Of a stretch of DNA of 64,000 nucleotides, positions 37,795-47,761 are shown one piece after another (position 1 is the stretch's first letter; each line of letters starts with the position of its first letter). The DNA lies in the NCBI GenBank assembly GCA_025929365.1, contig JAICMG010000003.1, forward strand, positions 507-64,506, written 5' to 3'. The DNA is from Frankiaceae bacterium. Its GTDB lineage: Bacteria > Actinomycetota > Actinomycetes > JAFAQI01. The notes below the pieces were generated by a model. It made no database searches. It saw only the letters and a list, made by a program, of their open reading frames with translations, and was not told the origin of the DNA. A program made the translations under genes and the position numbers.

Positions 37795-38904
37795 CTAGTC
37801 GAGCCAGTGACCCGAGGTGAAAGTGAGGATTCCGACCGCCATCAGCGCGGGCGCAACCGACAGATAAGCGACATGAAGCCAGCGGCGGCGCAGCGACGCG
37901 CGGGCGAGCAACAGCCACAACGGGAACCACAACAGCGTCGCGCGCGCGACCGACAGGTAGTACGCCGAGCACGCGAGCCCGACCACCTGAAGCCCGACGT
38001 ACGTCGCCTCACCCCAGCGCCGCCGCACCAACAGCACCAGCGTCAGCACCACGCCGACGAACACCGCGAGGATCTCGGCGCGCCACGCCCAGACGTAGTT
38101 GCTCATGTCGAAGTACGAGGAGCGCGGTGTCGAGAAGGCCGCGTGCCAGGAGGTCGAGAACGCATGCCACGGCCGCGTGAAGTGGCGGCTCCAGCCGGCG
38201 TCCTCGGCGTGCGACCACGCCAGCCAGTCGCCGGTGATCGCATAGAGGTACGCGAAGTAGCCGAACGTCGCGACGAACGGTGCGAGCAGACCGCTCAGCC
38301 GCCAGCTCCATCGCCGATCGGTCGCCACCCAGTGCACCGCCAGGGCGATGCCGAGGAACACGCCGTCGATCCGCACCAACGCCGCCGCACCTGCAAACAG
38401 ACCCGCCGACAGCCATCTGCCCCGGCGCGCCGCGAGCCAGGACGGCAGGGCGAACGCAAGGAACAGCGCCTCCGAGTAGCCGGCAGCCAGAAAGACCGCG
38501 TACGGCGAGAGCGTCAGATAGAGGACGGCTCGGCGGCCGCACTCGGCTCCGGCCTCGAGCGCTCCGAGCTTCGCGAGCGCGACAACGGCCGCGACGCCGG
38601 CGACCGCCGAGACGACCAGTCCGCTCGCCACCCAGCTCCCGGTCAACCAGTAGCCGGCGTGCACGGCCAGCGGCTCGCCCGGAAACAGGGCGATCAGGTG
38701 GTGCTTGTCGATGTGGGCGCGGTAGCCGCGGTAGCCGTACTGCGCGAGCGCTCCGAACAGCTGCGCATCCCACTGGTTCCACCGGCTGAGAAACGACGGC
38801 ACCTGCCCCGCCCGATCGGCGCCGAGCATCCACAGCCCGGCGAACGCCACCGTCATGACGGCTACCCGGGTCGCGATCCAGGTGGCGACGGCGTCGCGGG
38901 TCAA
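37795..38904 (-). CDS. Polytopic membrane protein, GT-C/GT87-like (DUF2029-type) putative glycosyltransferase
   Basis: Multiple TM helices with aromatic-rich loops. It is a paralogue of the next gene. The start is uncertain (38904 to 38988). Confidence 0.45.
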   Translation of the reverse strand: MTRDAVATWIATRVAVMTVAFAGLWMLGADRAGQVPSFLSRWNQWDAQLFGALAQYGYRGYRAHIDKHHLIALFPGEPLAVHAGYWLTGSWVASGLVVSAVAGVAAVVALAKLGALEAGAECGRRAVLYLTLSPYAVFLAAGYSEALFLAFALPSWLAARRGRWLSAGLFAGAAALVRIDGVFLGIALAVHWVATDRRWSWRLSGLLAPFVATFGYFAYLYAITGDWLAWSHAEDAGWSRHFTRPWHAFSTSWHAAFSTPRSSYFDMSNYVWAWRAEILAVFVGVVLTLVLLVRRRWGEATYVGLQVVGLACSAYYLSVARATLLWFPLWLLLARASLRRRWLHVAYLSVAPALMAVGILTFTSGHWLD

Positions 38905-38938
38905 CCCGCCGGCGCGTCGTGGATCGAGTCTGCGGACG

Positions 38939-40450
38939 TCAGCTTGCCGCAACGAGGACTCCCCCCGCCGGATCGTCGACGCCGTCATGCCGGACGACGT
39001 CACGCCGCGGGTCGAGGACCTCACGAACTACCAATGCCATCAGCCACGCCAACACCACATCGCGGATCACGATCATCAGCAGATACGTGCTCATCGGCAG
39101 GCCCTGCTGGGCGTGGTCCTGCGCGATCAGCGTGTAGAGGTTCGCGGCCCCGAGCAGCACCTCGGTCACCTGCCAGATCAGAAGCGACGTCCAGCGCGGT
39201 CTCGCCAGCACCGCGAGCGGCACCAACCACAGCGCGTACTGCGGCGAGTCGATCTTGTTCAACATCACGAACCCTGCGACGAGCAGGAACGCGATCTGCC
39301 CGACGCGCGGCCGCCACGGAGCGGCGGCGACGAGGACGCCGATGGCGATCACGACGAACGCCACCGCGAAGCCGGCTGCGACGTTCGTCCGGAAGGGGAC
39401 CGCACCGCACTGTCCGGGCGCACTCAGCGCCCGACCGAAGGCGTCGCCAGAGAAGACGTGCTGGAAGACCAGCCAGACACTCCCCCAGTCGGCACCGCGC
39501 GTCTGGGACAGCGAGAGGAACCACCGCCAGCCGCGCAGCGGCGTCGCGGTCGCGCACCCGGACGGGAACAAGAAGCGTGAGTGCAAGACCGCCGATGACG
39601 TCTGGTAGGACAACACGATCGCCGGGATGTAGGCCGCGACGAGCCCCGCGGCGCCGCCCGCAACCGACTTGACCGCCGCGCGCCATTCGCGGGCCCGCGC
39701 GCACAACATCAGCAAAGCGAGCAGCACCAGTGCGGGATAGAGCTTCGTCGCCACCCCGATGCCCAGCAGGACTCCGGCCCATGTCGGCGAGCCGCGGCTC
39801 CACGCCCACAGACCCAGCCCGGTGAGCGCAACCGCAGCCAGGTCCCAGTTGGTGAACGCATGCATGAACAGCACCGGAGAGGCCGCCACCATCACCGCGT
39901 CCCAGGCCCGAGTGCGGCCGGCGAGCTGTGCAACCGTCCAGGTCGAGACCAGGGCCAACGCCGCGAGACCGAGCGCGGTGATGTCGAAGAAGGTCGCCGC
40001 ATGCCGGCCGCCCGGATCGGCGTGACCGCCGTGGACGAGGGACGTGAGCTCTGCCGCCGTCCACATGAGGCCCCCGATGACCGGGGGGTACTCAACCGGG
40101 TGGTCGCGGTACGGGACCGACACCGAGCCCGTGACATCGCCCTGGGGATTCGTCCGTGCGTTGAGGCCTTCGTTCGTGTAGAGGACGTACGTGTCCGTGT
40201 AGCAAAGCCGCGTGTACTGGTACTCGTCGGTGTACGGATGCGACAGGCACGACGACTTCTGCAGGTAGCCGAAGACGCAGACCAGGATCGTGAGGCCCAG
40301 CGCCACCCGCAGCGGCGTCCACCACGGCCACGAACGACCCGCCGAGTGCCGCCCGAACGGACCGCCGATGAGCTCGCTGACGCCCGCAGCCGCGGGGTCC
40401 TCACGAGTCGGTGAGTTCAGCCGCACGCCGTGCAGTCTGTCGCGTTCCAC
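38939..40450 (-). CDS. Polytopic membrane protein, GT-C/GT87-like (DUF2029-type) putative mannosyltransferase (Rv0051-like position)
   Basis: ~11 TM helices. The poly-Arg N-terminus in the track ORF is a frame artefact and overlaps ponA1. The likely start is the GTG at ~40426-40450. Confidence 0.5.
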   Translation of the reverse strand: MERDRLHGVRLNSPTREDPAAAGVSELIGGPFGRHSAGRSWPWWTPLRVALGLTILVCVFGYLQKSSCLSHPYTDEYQYTRLCYTDTYVLYTNEGLNARTNPQGDVTGSVSVPYRDHPVEYPPVIGGLMWTAAELTSLVHGGHADPGGRHAATFFDITALGLAALALVSTWTVAQLAGRTRAWDAVMVAASPVLFMHAFTNWDLAAVALTGLGLWAWSRGSPTWAGVLLGIGVATKLYPALVLLALLMLCARAREWRAAVKSVAGGAAGLVAAYIPAIVLSYQTSSAVLHSRFLFPSGCATATPLRGWRWFLSLSQTRGADWGSVWLVFQHVFSGDAFGRALSAPGQCGAVPFRTNVAAGFAVAFVVIAIGVLVAAAPWRPRVGQIAFLLVAGFVMLNKIDSPQYALWLVPLAVLARPRWTSLLIWQVTEVLLGAANLYTLIAQDHAQQGLPMSTYLLMIVIRDVVLAWLMALVVREVLDPRRDVVRHDGVDDPAGGVLVAAS

Positions 40451-40481
40451 GCGCTGAATCGCACAGTGTCGTCCGGGCGGA

Positions 40482-42632
40482 TCAGCCGCGACCGCGCCGG
40501 TGTCGCAGCGCGCTGTGTCCCTGCGGCGTGGGTTGGCCACCTGCCTGGCCGAAGCCGGGACTCGAGGTCCCGCTCGGCGTCGGCGGTGGCGGCGACGGCG
40601 ACGACGTCTGCGTCGGCGTCGTGACCGGCGTGACCGCCTGGGTCGGGGTCGGCTCCTGTGGGAAGGTCGCCACCTCGGTCGGCGTGGACTGCGGCACGGT
40701 CTGGGTCGGGGCCGGCGACCCGGTCGACGGCGAAGTGACCGCGGATCCGACACCTGCCGGCGCAGGGAATGGAAGTGCCGGCTGGCCGGCGAGGGTGGCG
40801 TTCATCATCTGCTGCCAGACTTCGGCCGGCAGCGTGCCACCGAACACCTCACCGACTCCGCCTGCGGACACCGTCTTGTTGCGGTCGACGTTGCCGATCC
40901 AGACCGACGTGCACAGCTGCGGGGTGAAGCCGGTGAACCACGCGTTCGTGTTGTTGTCCGTTGTCCCGGTCTTGCCGGCCGACGGCCGTCCGCTGAGCGC
41001 ATGGCCGTACGCCGTACCGCCGGGCTGCAGCACGTGCTCCATCGCGTACGTCGTGTCCGCCATGACGTCCTTGGCGAACACCTGGTTGGGGTGAGGGCTG
41101 GCGTGATAGATCCGCTGACCGGTCACCGTGGTCACCGACTTCACAAGATACGGCGCCGCGTACTTCCCCTGCGCGGCGATGGTCGCGAACGCGTCGGCGA
41201 GATCGAGCGGTGAGACCTGGTCGGGACCAAGGGTGATGTCGGGGACGGCCGAGAGGTTGCGCGAGGTCGGAATGCCGGCGTCGTAGGCCGCCGACACAAC
41301 GTTCTGCGGGCCGACCTTCTGCGCCAGCGGCACGAAGATGGTGTTGATCGACTGCGCGAACGCCCGCAGCAGCGAACAACCGAAACAGACCTCGCCCGGC
41401 GAGGAGTTATGGATCGGCGTGCCGTTGACGTTGACGACCGATGGCCCGTTGAACCTGCTGTTGAGGGAGATTCCCTTCTTCAGCGCCGCGATCAGGGTGA
41501 ACGCCTTGAACGACGAACCCGGCGGACGCGACCACTGGTCGGTGCCACCTGACAGGTCGATGCAGGCATCCGGGTTGAGCTTGGTGTGGCTGCAGTAGGC
41601 GCGGCCGCCGTACAGCGCGGCGATCGCGCCCGTTCCGGGGACGACCGACGCGGCACCGCTCTCAGGCGTCCCTCGTTTGTTGCTCGGCACCACCGCTTGC
41701 TCGGCGTTGATCAGGTTCTGCTCGTCCTTGGCGTTGATCGTGGTGACGATCTTGTAGCCCCCGAGATCGAGCTGCGACGACGTGATCCCGTCCTTGCTGC
41801 GCAGCTCGTACTCGACGGCGTCGCGGATGAAACACGTCTCGTTCGTTTCGCTGCACGACGTGATCGCCGCCCGCGTCCGGATGGTGTGGGGGAAATGCAG
41901 CCTCGCGGCCTTTTGCTGAGTCAGCCAGCCCTGGCTGACCATCCCGTTGACGACGTACTGCCAACGCGTCAGCGCCGCGGCCTTGTCCGACCGTGGGTCG
42001 TAGAGGCTCGGCCCGCGGATCACCGCCGCGAGCAGCGCGCCTTGCGCGGTGTTGAGCTGCGAGACGTCGAGGTTGAAGTACGCCTTGGCGGCCGCCTCGA
42101 TCCCGTAGGCGTCACGGCCGAAGTAGATGGTGTTGAGGTAGTCCTCGAGGATCGTCGACTTCGACCGGCTGGCGCCCAGCTTCGTCGCGATGAGGATCTC
42201 CTTGAGCTTGCGGGTCAAGGTCCGGTGCGGCGACAGGTAGGCGTTCTTGACGTACTGCTGGGTGATGGTCGACCCGCCCTGGCTGATGTCGCCGCCCTTC
42301 AGGTCGACGAGCAGCGCGCGCACCATGCCCGTGGGGGAGATCCCGGGCTCGGAGTAGAAGTGCCGATCCTCGGCCGCCAGCACGGCGTGCTGCACGGTCA
42401 GCGGGACCTGGCGCAGCGCCACGTCGGTCCGGTTGGTCGCGCCGATGTGGGCGAGGACGGTGTGGCCGTCGCTGTAGTAGATCGTCGTGGTCTGCTGCGC
42501 CGACAGCGCACTCGGATTGGGGATCGTCGTCTCGACGTACGCGATCGCCGACAACACCGAGAACGCGACCAGCGCCCAGAGCGAGCCCCACAGCACGTAC
42601 TTGGGCCGTGGGGCGAACCGTGCCAGCCTCAC
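40482..42632 (-). CDS. ponA: Bifunctional penicillin-binding protein 1A (transglycosylase/transpeptidase) with a Pro/Thr-rich tail
   Basis: GT51 motifs (RHFYSEPGISPTGMVRA, STITQQYVKN) and transpeptidase motifs SxxK (SSFK) and KTGT. Confidence 0.9.
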   Translation of the reverse strand: MRLARFAPRPKYVLWGSLWALVAFSVLSAIAYVETTIPNPSALSAQQTTTIYYSDGHTVLAHIGATNRTDVALRQVPLTVQHAVLAAEDRHFYSEPGISPTGMVRALLVDLKGGDISQGGSTITQQYVKNAYLSPHRTLTRKLKEILIATKLGASRSKSTILEDYLNTIYFGRDAYGIEAAAKAYFNLDVSQLNTAQGALLAAVIRGPSLYDPRSDKAAALTRWQYVVNGMVSQGWLTQQKAARLHFPHTIRTRAAITSCSETNETCFIRDAVEYELRSKDGITSSQLDLGGYKIVTTINAKDEQNLINAEQAVVPSNKRGTPESGAASVVPGTGAIAALYGGRAYCSHTKLNPDACIDLSGGTDQWSRPPGSSFKAFTLIAALKKGISLNSRFNGPSVVNVNGTPIHNSSPGEVCFGCSLLRAFAQSINTIFVPLAQKVGPQNVVSAAYDAGIPTSRNLSAVPDITLGPDQVSPLDLADAFATIAAQGKYAAPYLVKSVTTVTGQRIYHASPHPNQVFAKDVMADTTYAMEHVLQPGGTAYGHALSGRPSAGKTGTTDNNTNAWFTGFTPQLCTSVWIGNVDRNKTVSAGGVGEVFGGTLPAEVWQQMMNATLAGQPALPFPAPAGVGSAVTSPSTGSPAPTQTVPQSTPTEVATFPQEPTPTQAVTPVTTPTQTSSPSPPPPTPSGTSSPGFGQAGGQPTPQGHSALRHRRGRG

Positions 42633-43111
42633 CCGTGAGACCCGGACCTGCGACGGCGTGTCATGGGCTCACCAGTACCCAAAACCGCCGACGTCACCAG
42701 GTGGTTCCAGCCACATCCGAGGCACACCTCGACGACGAACACCGAGAACTCCGGCAACCGGGCGGCGAGGGCGGGCAGCTCGCGCGATGCCCAGGCGCGC
42801 CCGTTGGTATCGCCGTTGAAGCAGTCGCCGTAGGCGTAGGTGACGTGCACGAGCTCCTCGTCGGCGCAGACCGGGCACGGCTCCTCGGTCGCCTCGCCGT
42901 GGTAGCGCGCGGCGCGACGGAGGTAGATGTGCGCGTCACACGCGTCCTCCTGCCGCAGCCGGCCCATCGCGAGGCCGGTCAGCACCGCGCGGCGGGCCAG
43001 CGCGTAGTCGATGACGCAGCGCGCCCCCGCGACGTCTTCCACGTGAAGCGGGCGGAGCACGCGGGTCAGGGTACGCCGCGTGGCGACACCATTCCTGAAT
43101 GTGCGTGACAC
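42629..43111 (-). CDS. Conserved hypothetical protein (Rv0049/DUF5318-like position between ponA1 and the PadR gene)
   Basis: Cys-rich sequence. The track ORF extends to 43183 across the operator palindrome, so the GTG at 43111 is preferred as the start. Confidence 0.45.
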   Translation of the reverse strand: MSRTFRNGVATRRTLTRVLRPLHVEDVAGARCVIDYALARRAVLTGLAMGRLRQEDACDAHIYLRRAARYHGEATEEPCPVCADEELVHVTYAYGDCFNGDTNGRAWASRELPALAARLPEFSVFVVEVCLGCGWNHLVTSAVLGTGEPMTRRRRSGSHG

Positions 43112-43163
43112 GCGGAGGCAGCCCTGGAGCTTGCTTTCCGGCCGGGCCTGGCTTAGTCTGCGC

Positions 43164-43184
43164 GATGTATCGACCTGATACATC
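43164..43184. promoter_or_regulatory. Candidate PadR operator: palindrome GATGTATC-GACCT-GATACATC (ATGT-n11-ACAT) in the divergent promoter region
   Basis: A perfect 8-bp inverted repeat 36 bp upstream of the PadR gene start. A second GACCTGAT copy follows. Confidence 0.45.
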
Positions 43185-43219
43185 GACCTGATCCAACGAA
43201 ATCAACCATAGGGGCCCGC

Positions 43220-43816
43220 GTGAGCAGGAAGTCCGGCGTGCTGGAGCTCGCCGTGCTCGGGCTGCTCAATGAGTCTCCGATGCACGGCTACGAGCTGAAC
43301 AAGCGGCTCAAGGGCGTCCTCGGCCCGTTCCGCGCGATCTCCTACGGCACCCTCTATCCCTGCCTCAACGCCCTGCAGGCCGCCGGCTACATCACGGCCG
43401 ACGACAGCGCGAGCGAGGTGGGGGTCGGCCGGCGCAAGAAGACGACCTACAAGCTCACCGCAGAGGGCAAGGAGCGTCTGCAGGAGCAGCTCGCCGAAGG
43501 CGGTCCCTCGGCGTGGGACGACGAAAGCTTCGGGGTGCGGTTCGCGTTCTTCGCGCAGACCGACGCCGAAACCCGGCTGCGAATCCTGGAAGGGCGCCGC
43601 AGCAGGCTCGAGGAGCGGCAGGAGAACGCCACCTCCTCGATGAGCACCACCCGTGGCCGGCTCGATCGCTACACCCTCGAGCTGCAGCGCCACGGTCTGG
43701 AGTCCGTCGAACGCGAGGTGCGGTGGCTCAACGAGCTGATCGCCACCGAGCGTGCGGGTGTTGCCGCCCGCCCGGCACGCACCCGCCGTACCGCAACCCC
43801 GCAAACCGCGAAGTAA
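43220..43816 (+). CDS. PadR family transcriptional regulator
   Basis: LELAVLGLLNESPMHGYELNKRL...ISYGTLYPCLNALQAAGYI winged helix. Confidence 0.85.
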   Translation: MSRKSGVLELAVLGLLNESPMHGYELNKRLKGVLGPFRAISYGTLYPCLNALQAAGYITADDSASEVGVGRRKKTTYKLTAEGKERLQEQLAEGGPSAWDDESFGVRFAFFAQTDAETRLRILEGRRSRLEERQENATSSMSTTRGRLDRYTLELQRHGLESVEREVRWLNELIATERAGVAARPARTRRTATPQTAK

Positions 43817-43861
43817 CCACTACGTCGCGCTCCGCGCGCCATTGTTAGGAGACCAGCTCTG

Positions 43862-44941
43862 ATGGGTTCCGTCCGAGTCGCCATCGTCGGCGTTGGCAAC
43901 TGCGCATCGTCGCTCGTCCAGGGCGTTGAGTACTACAAGAACGCCAACCCGGAGGCGCGGGTCCCCGGTCTGATGCATGTCGACTTCGGCGGCTACCACG
44001 TCCGCGACGTCGAGTTCGTCGCCGCGTTCGATGTCGACGGCAAGAAGGTCGGTCGTGACCTCTCGGAGGCGATCGTCGCCAGCGAGAACAACACGATCCA
44101 CATCACCGACGTCCCGCCGTCCGGCGTGATCGTGCAGCGTGGACCGACGTACGACGGTCTCGGCGAGTACTACCGCGAGATGGTCGACGAGTCCGACGAC
44201 GAGCCGGTCGACGTCGTCCAGGTCCTGAAGGACTCGAAGGCCGACGTCCTCGTCTCCTACCTCCCGGTCGGCAGCGAAGAGGCGGACCGCTTCTACGCCC
44301 AGTGCGCGATCGACGCCAAGGTCGCGTTCGTCAACGCGCTGCCGGTGTTCATCGCCAGCGACCCGGTCTGGGCACAGAAGTTCACCGACGCGGGTGTGCC
44401 GATCGTCGGCGACGACATCAAGAGCCAGGTCGGCGCGACGATCACCCACCGCGTGCTCGCGAAGCTGTTCGAGGACCGCGGCGTCGAGCTGCTGCGCACC
44501 TACCAGCTGAACTTCGGCGGCAACATGGACTTCAAGAACATGCTGGAGCGCAAGCGCCTGCAGTCGAAGAAGATCTCCAAGACGCAGTCCGTGACCTCGC
44601 AGATCCCGCACGAGATGCGGGGCGCCGACGTTCACATCGGTCCGTCCGACCACGTGCCGTGGCTCGACGACCGCAAGTGGGCCTACGTCCGCCTCGAGGG
44701 CCGTTCCTTCGGTGACACCCCGCTGAACCTCGAGTACAAGCTCGAAGTCCACGACTCGCCGAACTCCGCGGGCGTCATCATCGACGCGATCCGAGCGGCG
44801 AAGATCGCGAAGGACCGTGGCGTCGGTGGTCCGATCCTGTCGGCATCGTCGTACTTCATGAAGTCGCCACCGGTCCAGTACAGCGACGACGAGGCGCGCG
44901 AGGCGGTCGCCAACTTCATCGAAGGCACGATCGAGCGCTAG
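43862..44941 (+). CDS. ino1: Inositol-3-phosphate synthase
   Basis: [22 protein letters not shown] Rossmann start. Actinobacterial MIPS family. Confidence 0.88.
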   Translation: MGSVRVAIVGVGNCASSLVQGVEYYKNANPEARVPGLMHVDFGGYHVRDVEFVAAFDVDGKKVGRDLSEAIVASENNTIHITDVPPSGVIVQRGPTYDGLGEYYREMVDESDDEPVDVVQVLKDSKADVLVSYLPVGSEEADRFYAQCAIDAKVAFVNALPVFIASDPVWAQKFTDAGVPIVGDDIKSQVGATITHRVLAKLFEDRGVELLRTYQLNFGGNMDFKNMLERKRLQSKKISKTQSVTSQIPHEMRGADVHIGPSDHVPWLDDRKWAYVRLEGRSFGDTPLNLEYKLEVHDSPNSAGVIIDAIRAAKIAKDRGVGGPILSASSYFMKSPPVQYSDDEAREAVANFIEGTIER

Positions 44942-44962
44942 AACTCCTGCCGCACCAAGAAC

Positions 44963-46270
44963 GTGCGGAGTCACCGCGCAACCGGGTTGCGCGAGCTGTT
45001 CGGCCAGCAGTGGTTCGCCACACTGCTGGCCGCTCGGCTGTTGTCGCAGACGGCCGACGGGATCTTCCAGGCCAGCCTCTACGGGGCCCTGCTGTTCAAT
45101 CCTGAGCACCACACCCAGCCCGCGGAGGTGGCCGGAGGGCTGGTGCTGCTGGTCCTTCCCTACAGCCTCGTCGGTCCCTTCGCGGGGGTCTTTCTCGATC
45201 GATGGCGGCGCCAGCGCGTCCTCTCACGCGCCGCGATGCTTCACGGCGCGCTCGCCGGTGCATCCGCACTGCTCCTCGCGACGGCGGGATCGCGATCGGC
45301 CGCGTTCGACCTGGCGGCATTCGGCGCGCTTGCGGTCAACCGGTTCTACCTGGCCGCGCAGAGCGCGTCACTGCCCAGCGTCGTGCCCGCCGAGCAGCTG
45401 GTCCTCAGTAACGCGCTGAGCACGACCGCGGGCACCGTCGTGACCATTGCAGGCGCGGGGCTGGGACTCACCGTCCGGCATCTCGCCGGTTCGGGCGACC
45501 ACGGCAACGCCGTCGTCTCGGCGGTATCGGTGCTGGGCTACCTCGCGGCCGCGGCGGTCGCGTCCCGCCTGCCCGCCGCGCGGCTGGGCCCGCACGAGCA
45601 GCCCACCGCGTCGGTGCGGCAGCAGCTCGCCGCAGTGACGGGCGGCTTCGCCTCCGGCGCGCAGTACCTGTGGCGGCGCCGGCCGGCCGCGCGGGCGCTC
45701 GCGCTCCTGTACGGACACCGTGGCTTGTTCGGCCTCTGGACGATCATGACGTTGCTGCTCTACCGCAACACCTTCCAGCCGGACGGTCCGCTGCGCGCCG
45801 GGCTGGTCGGTGCGGGTCAGGCCGCGACGGCGGGCGGTGTGGGCCTCGTGCTCGCTGCCGTCGTCACGCCACGCGTGACCGACCGGATCGGCATGCATCG
45901 ATGGATCGCGATCAGCACCGCACTGCCGGCCGCCTCGGGGTTGGCGCTCGGTGCGCCGTACCGACTCCCGCTCTATCTGCTGTCGGCGGTTGCCCTCGGC
46001 TTCGGCATGCAGGCGTCAAAGGTGTGCGTGGACACCATCGTCCAGGAGACCGTCGAGGACGACTTCCGCGGCCGCGCCTTCGCGATCTACGACGCCGGGT
46101 CGAATACCTGCTTTGCGGCGGCAGCGGTCATCGGTGCGTTCACGTTGCCACTCAGTGGGCGCAGCCCCACTGCGATCGCGGTGATGAGCGCGGCGTACCT
46201 GCTGCTCGCCATCGGTTACGCCGCGAGCTCGCGCCTGCCGAGCGCCGCAACGCCGGCGCTAGCCGAGTAG
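44963..46270 (+). CDS. MFS transporter
   Basis: 12-TM profile. Confidence 0.65.
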   Translation: MRSHRATGLRELFGQQWFATLLAARLLSQTADGIFQASLYGALLFNPEHHTQPAEVAGGLVLLVLPYSLVGPFAGVFLDRWRRQRVLSRAAMLHGALAGASALLLATAGSRSAAFDLAAFGALAVNRFYLAAQSASLPSVVPAEQLVLSNALSTTAGTVVTIAGAGLGLTVRHLAGSGDHGNAVVSAVSVLGYLAAAAVASRLPAARLGPHEQPTASVRQQLAAVTGGFASGAQYLWRRRPAARALALLYGHRGLFGLWTIMTLLLYRNTFQPDGPLRAGLVGAGQAATAGGVGLVLAAVVTPRVTDRIGMHRWIAISTALPAASGLALGAPYRLPLYLLSAVALGFGMQASKVCVDTIVQETVEDDFRGRAFAIYDAGSNTCFAAAAVIGAFTLPLSGRSPTAIAVMSAAYLLLAIGYAASSRLPSAATPALAE

Positions 46271-47659
46271 ACCGCCGAGCACCGTGCCGAGGAGCCCCGT
46301 CGTCGGGGTCCGCGTCGCGATGGGCTTCGGAGACGTCACCGTTCGCACCGTCGACGTCGCTGCGGTGGTGCGCGTCGAGGTCACGGCCGACGGCTTCGCC
46401 GCCTTCGTGGTCGCCGCCTTCGTGGTCGCCGGCTTCGTCGTCGCCGGCTTCGTGGCGCTCGACTGCTTCGCGGTGACGGTCGTCGGGTCCGCGGAGGAGG
46501 CCGGCTGGTGCGGCAGGATGCCGAACACGCCGTTGATCACCGACTGCACGGTCGCGACGAGACTGCCCAGCAGGTTGTCGGGTGGCGGAGGCTTGGTGCC
46601 GGTCTTCGGACTGCCGCCGGCGTTGTTGCGGTGCCGCTTCGGACCCTTGCTGTTCGAGGGCGGCGGGGTCGTGAAGACGGTCGGCGGACCCACCGCTGAA
46701 ACGGTGCCGCCCGTCGGTCGCACGGTCCCTATCTGGCCCGGTGCCTGGCCGCGCTTCTGCAGGGCTGCCAGCGTCAACTCGACGCTGGAGGCACGGCCGG
46801 CGAGCAAGTGCAGGACCACGCCCCACGACCCGCCCTCGGCGCGCCAGCCGACTGCGGCGTTGTAACGCTGCTGGGCAGTGCCGCCATGGGTGGAGTCGGC
46901 GATCAAGACGGGCAGGACTTTCTCGGAGCGATTGACATCGCTCGGCACCGGTGCCGCGGTACCGGTCCACGACGCCTCGATGACGTGCGCGGTGGACCTT
47001 CCCGTCGTGTCGATGCCGCGAGCCAGCGCGTTCAGCGCGATGTCGTCGCGGACCAGACTCGGCGCGACGCTGTCCTCGTCCACGCTGTCCGTGAGATGAA
47101 GCGGCGTCGTCGCGGCGGGCAGCGCGTCGCCGGACAGGACCGCCTGTGCCAATGCGGGCAACGCGAGCTGCCGGCCGCTCGCGCTCGTGATCGAGGCGGG
47201 ACCTGACAGCGCGCCGACGCGGGTCGACGGGCCACGCGAGGCCTCGGTCGCAGAGCCGCGCGGTATCGCGACGAGGCCGAGGCCGAGATCCAGATCGAGG
47301 CCGGGTCCGGTCAGCGAGTCGATCACCGCGGTCCCGGTGCGCAGCTGCTGGCGGCCGCCGTTGACGACCTCCAGAGCCGCCATGCCGCCGAGCAGGGTCC
47401 GGCGCTGGCGGGTGATCAGCTCCGCGGATCCATGACGCCCCGTGGTGACCACCTCGCCGTTGCTGACCCTGTCTCCGGCAACTGCGAGGTGAGTGGCGCC
47501 CGAGGGGTCGACGATCTTCGCGTTCTTCACCGCGCCGAGAGTCGTCTGCGCGCCGACGATGGGGGACGAGCCACGCTCCGCGACCACGATGATGCCTGCG
47601 GCCATAACGGCAAGTGCCGCGATTCCACGGGCAAGAGCCGAACGTCCGGTTCGTCTCAT
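46259..47659 (-). CDS. Hypothetical membrane-anchored protein with a Thr/Lys/Pro/Ala-rich repetitive C-terminus
   Basis: N-terminal TM helix. The C-terminus reads KPATTKPATTKAATTKAAKP, encoded by 15-nt tandem repeats at ~46395-46460. Confidence 0.45.
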   Translation of the reverse strand: MRRTGRSALARGIAALAVMAAGIIVVAERGSSPIVGAQTTLGAVKNAKIVDPSGATHLAVAGDRVSNGEVVTTGRHGSAELITRQRRTLLGGMAALEVVNGGRQQLRTGTAVIDSLTGPGLDLDLGLGLVAIPRGSATEASRGPSTRVGALSGPASITSASGRQLALPALAQAVLSGDALPAATTPLHLTDSVDEDSVAPSLVRDDIALNALARGIDTTGRSTAHVIEASWTGTAAPVPSDVNRSEKVLPVLIADSTHGGTAQQRYNAAVGWRAEGGSWGVVLHLLAGRASSVELTLAALQKRGQAPGQIGTVRPTGGTVSAVGPPTVFTTPPPSNSKGPKRHRNNAGGSPKTGTKPPPPDNLLGSLVATVQSVINGVFGILPHQPASSADPTTVTAKQSSATKPATTKPATTKAATTKAAKPSAVTSTRTTAATSTVRTVTSPKPIATRTPTTGLLGTVLGGLLG

Positions 47660-47761
47660 ACGTGCATTGTCACCCGGACCGTCCACGCCCTCCATAGTCC
47701 GAGATGACTATTCGCCCGCGCAGGTCAGCGTGCGGGACACGCCGAGCGACGCGCACCTGCC

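Noticed and set aside
38939-40753. Poly-arginine N-terminus (SRRSRRRRRRRRRRRH…) of the 604-aa ORF
   Set aside because: This stretch is the reverse-frame reading of the Pro/Thr-rich 3' end of ponA1, so it is not coding for this gene. The real start was moved to ~40430-40450.
44949-44968. Hairpin CCGCAC-caagaac-GTGCGG after ino1 as an intrinsic terminator
   Set aside because: No U-tract follows, and it overlaps the probable GTG start of the downstream MFS gene. It is more likely part of the translation-initiation region.
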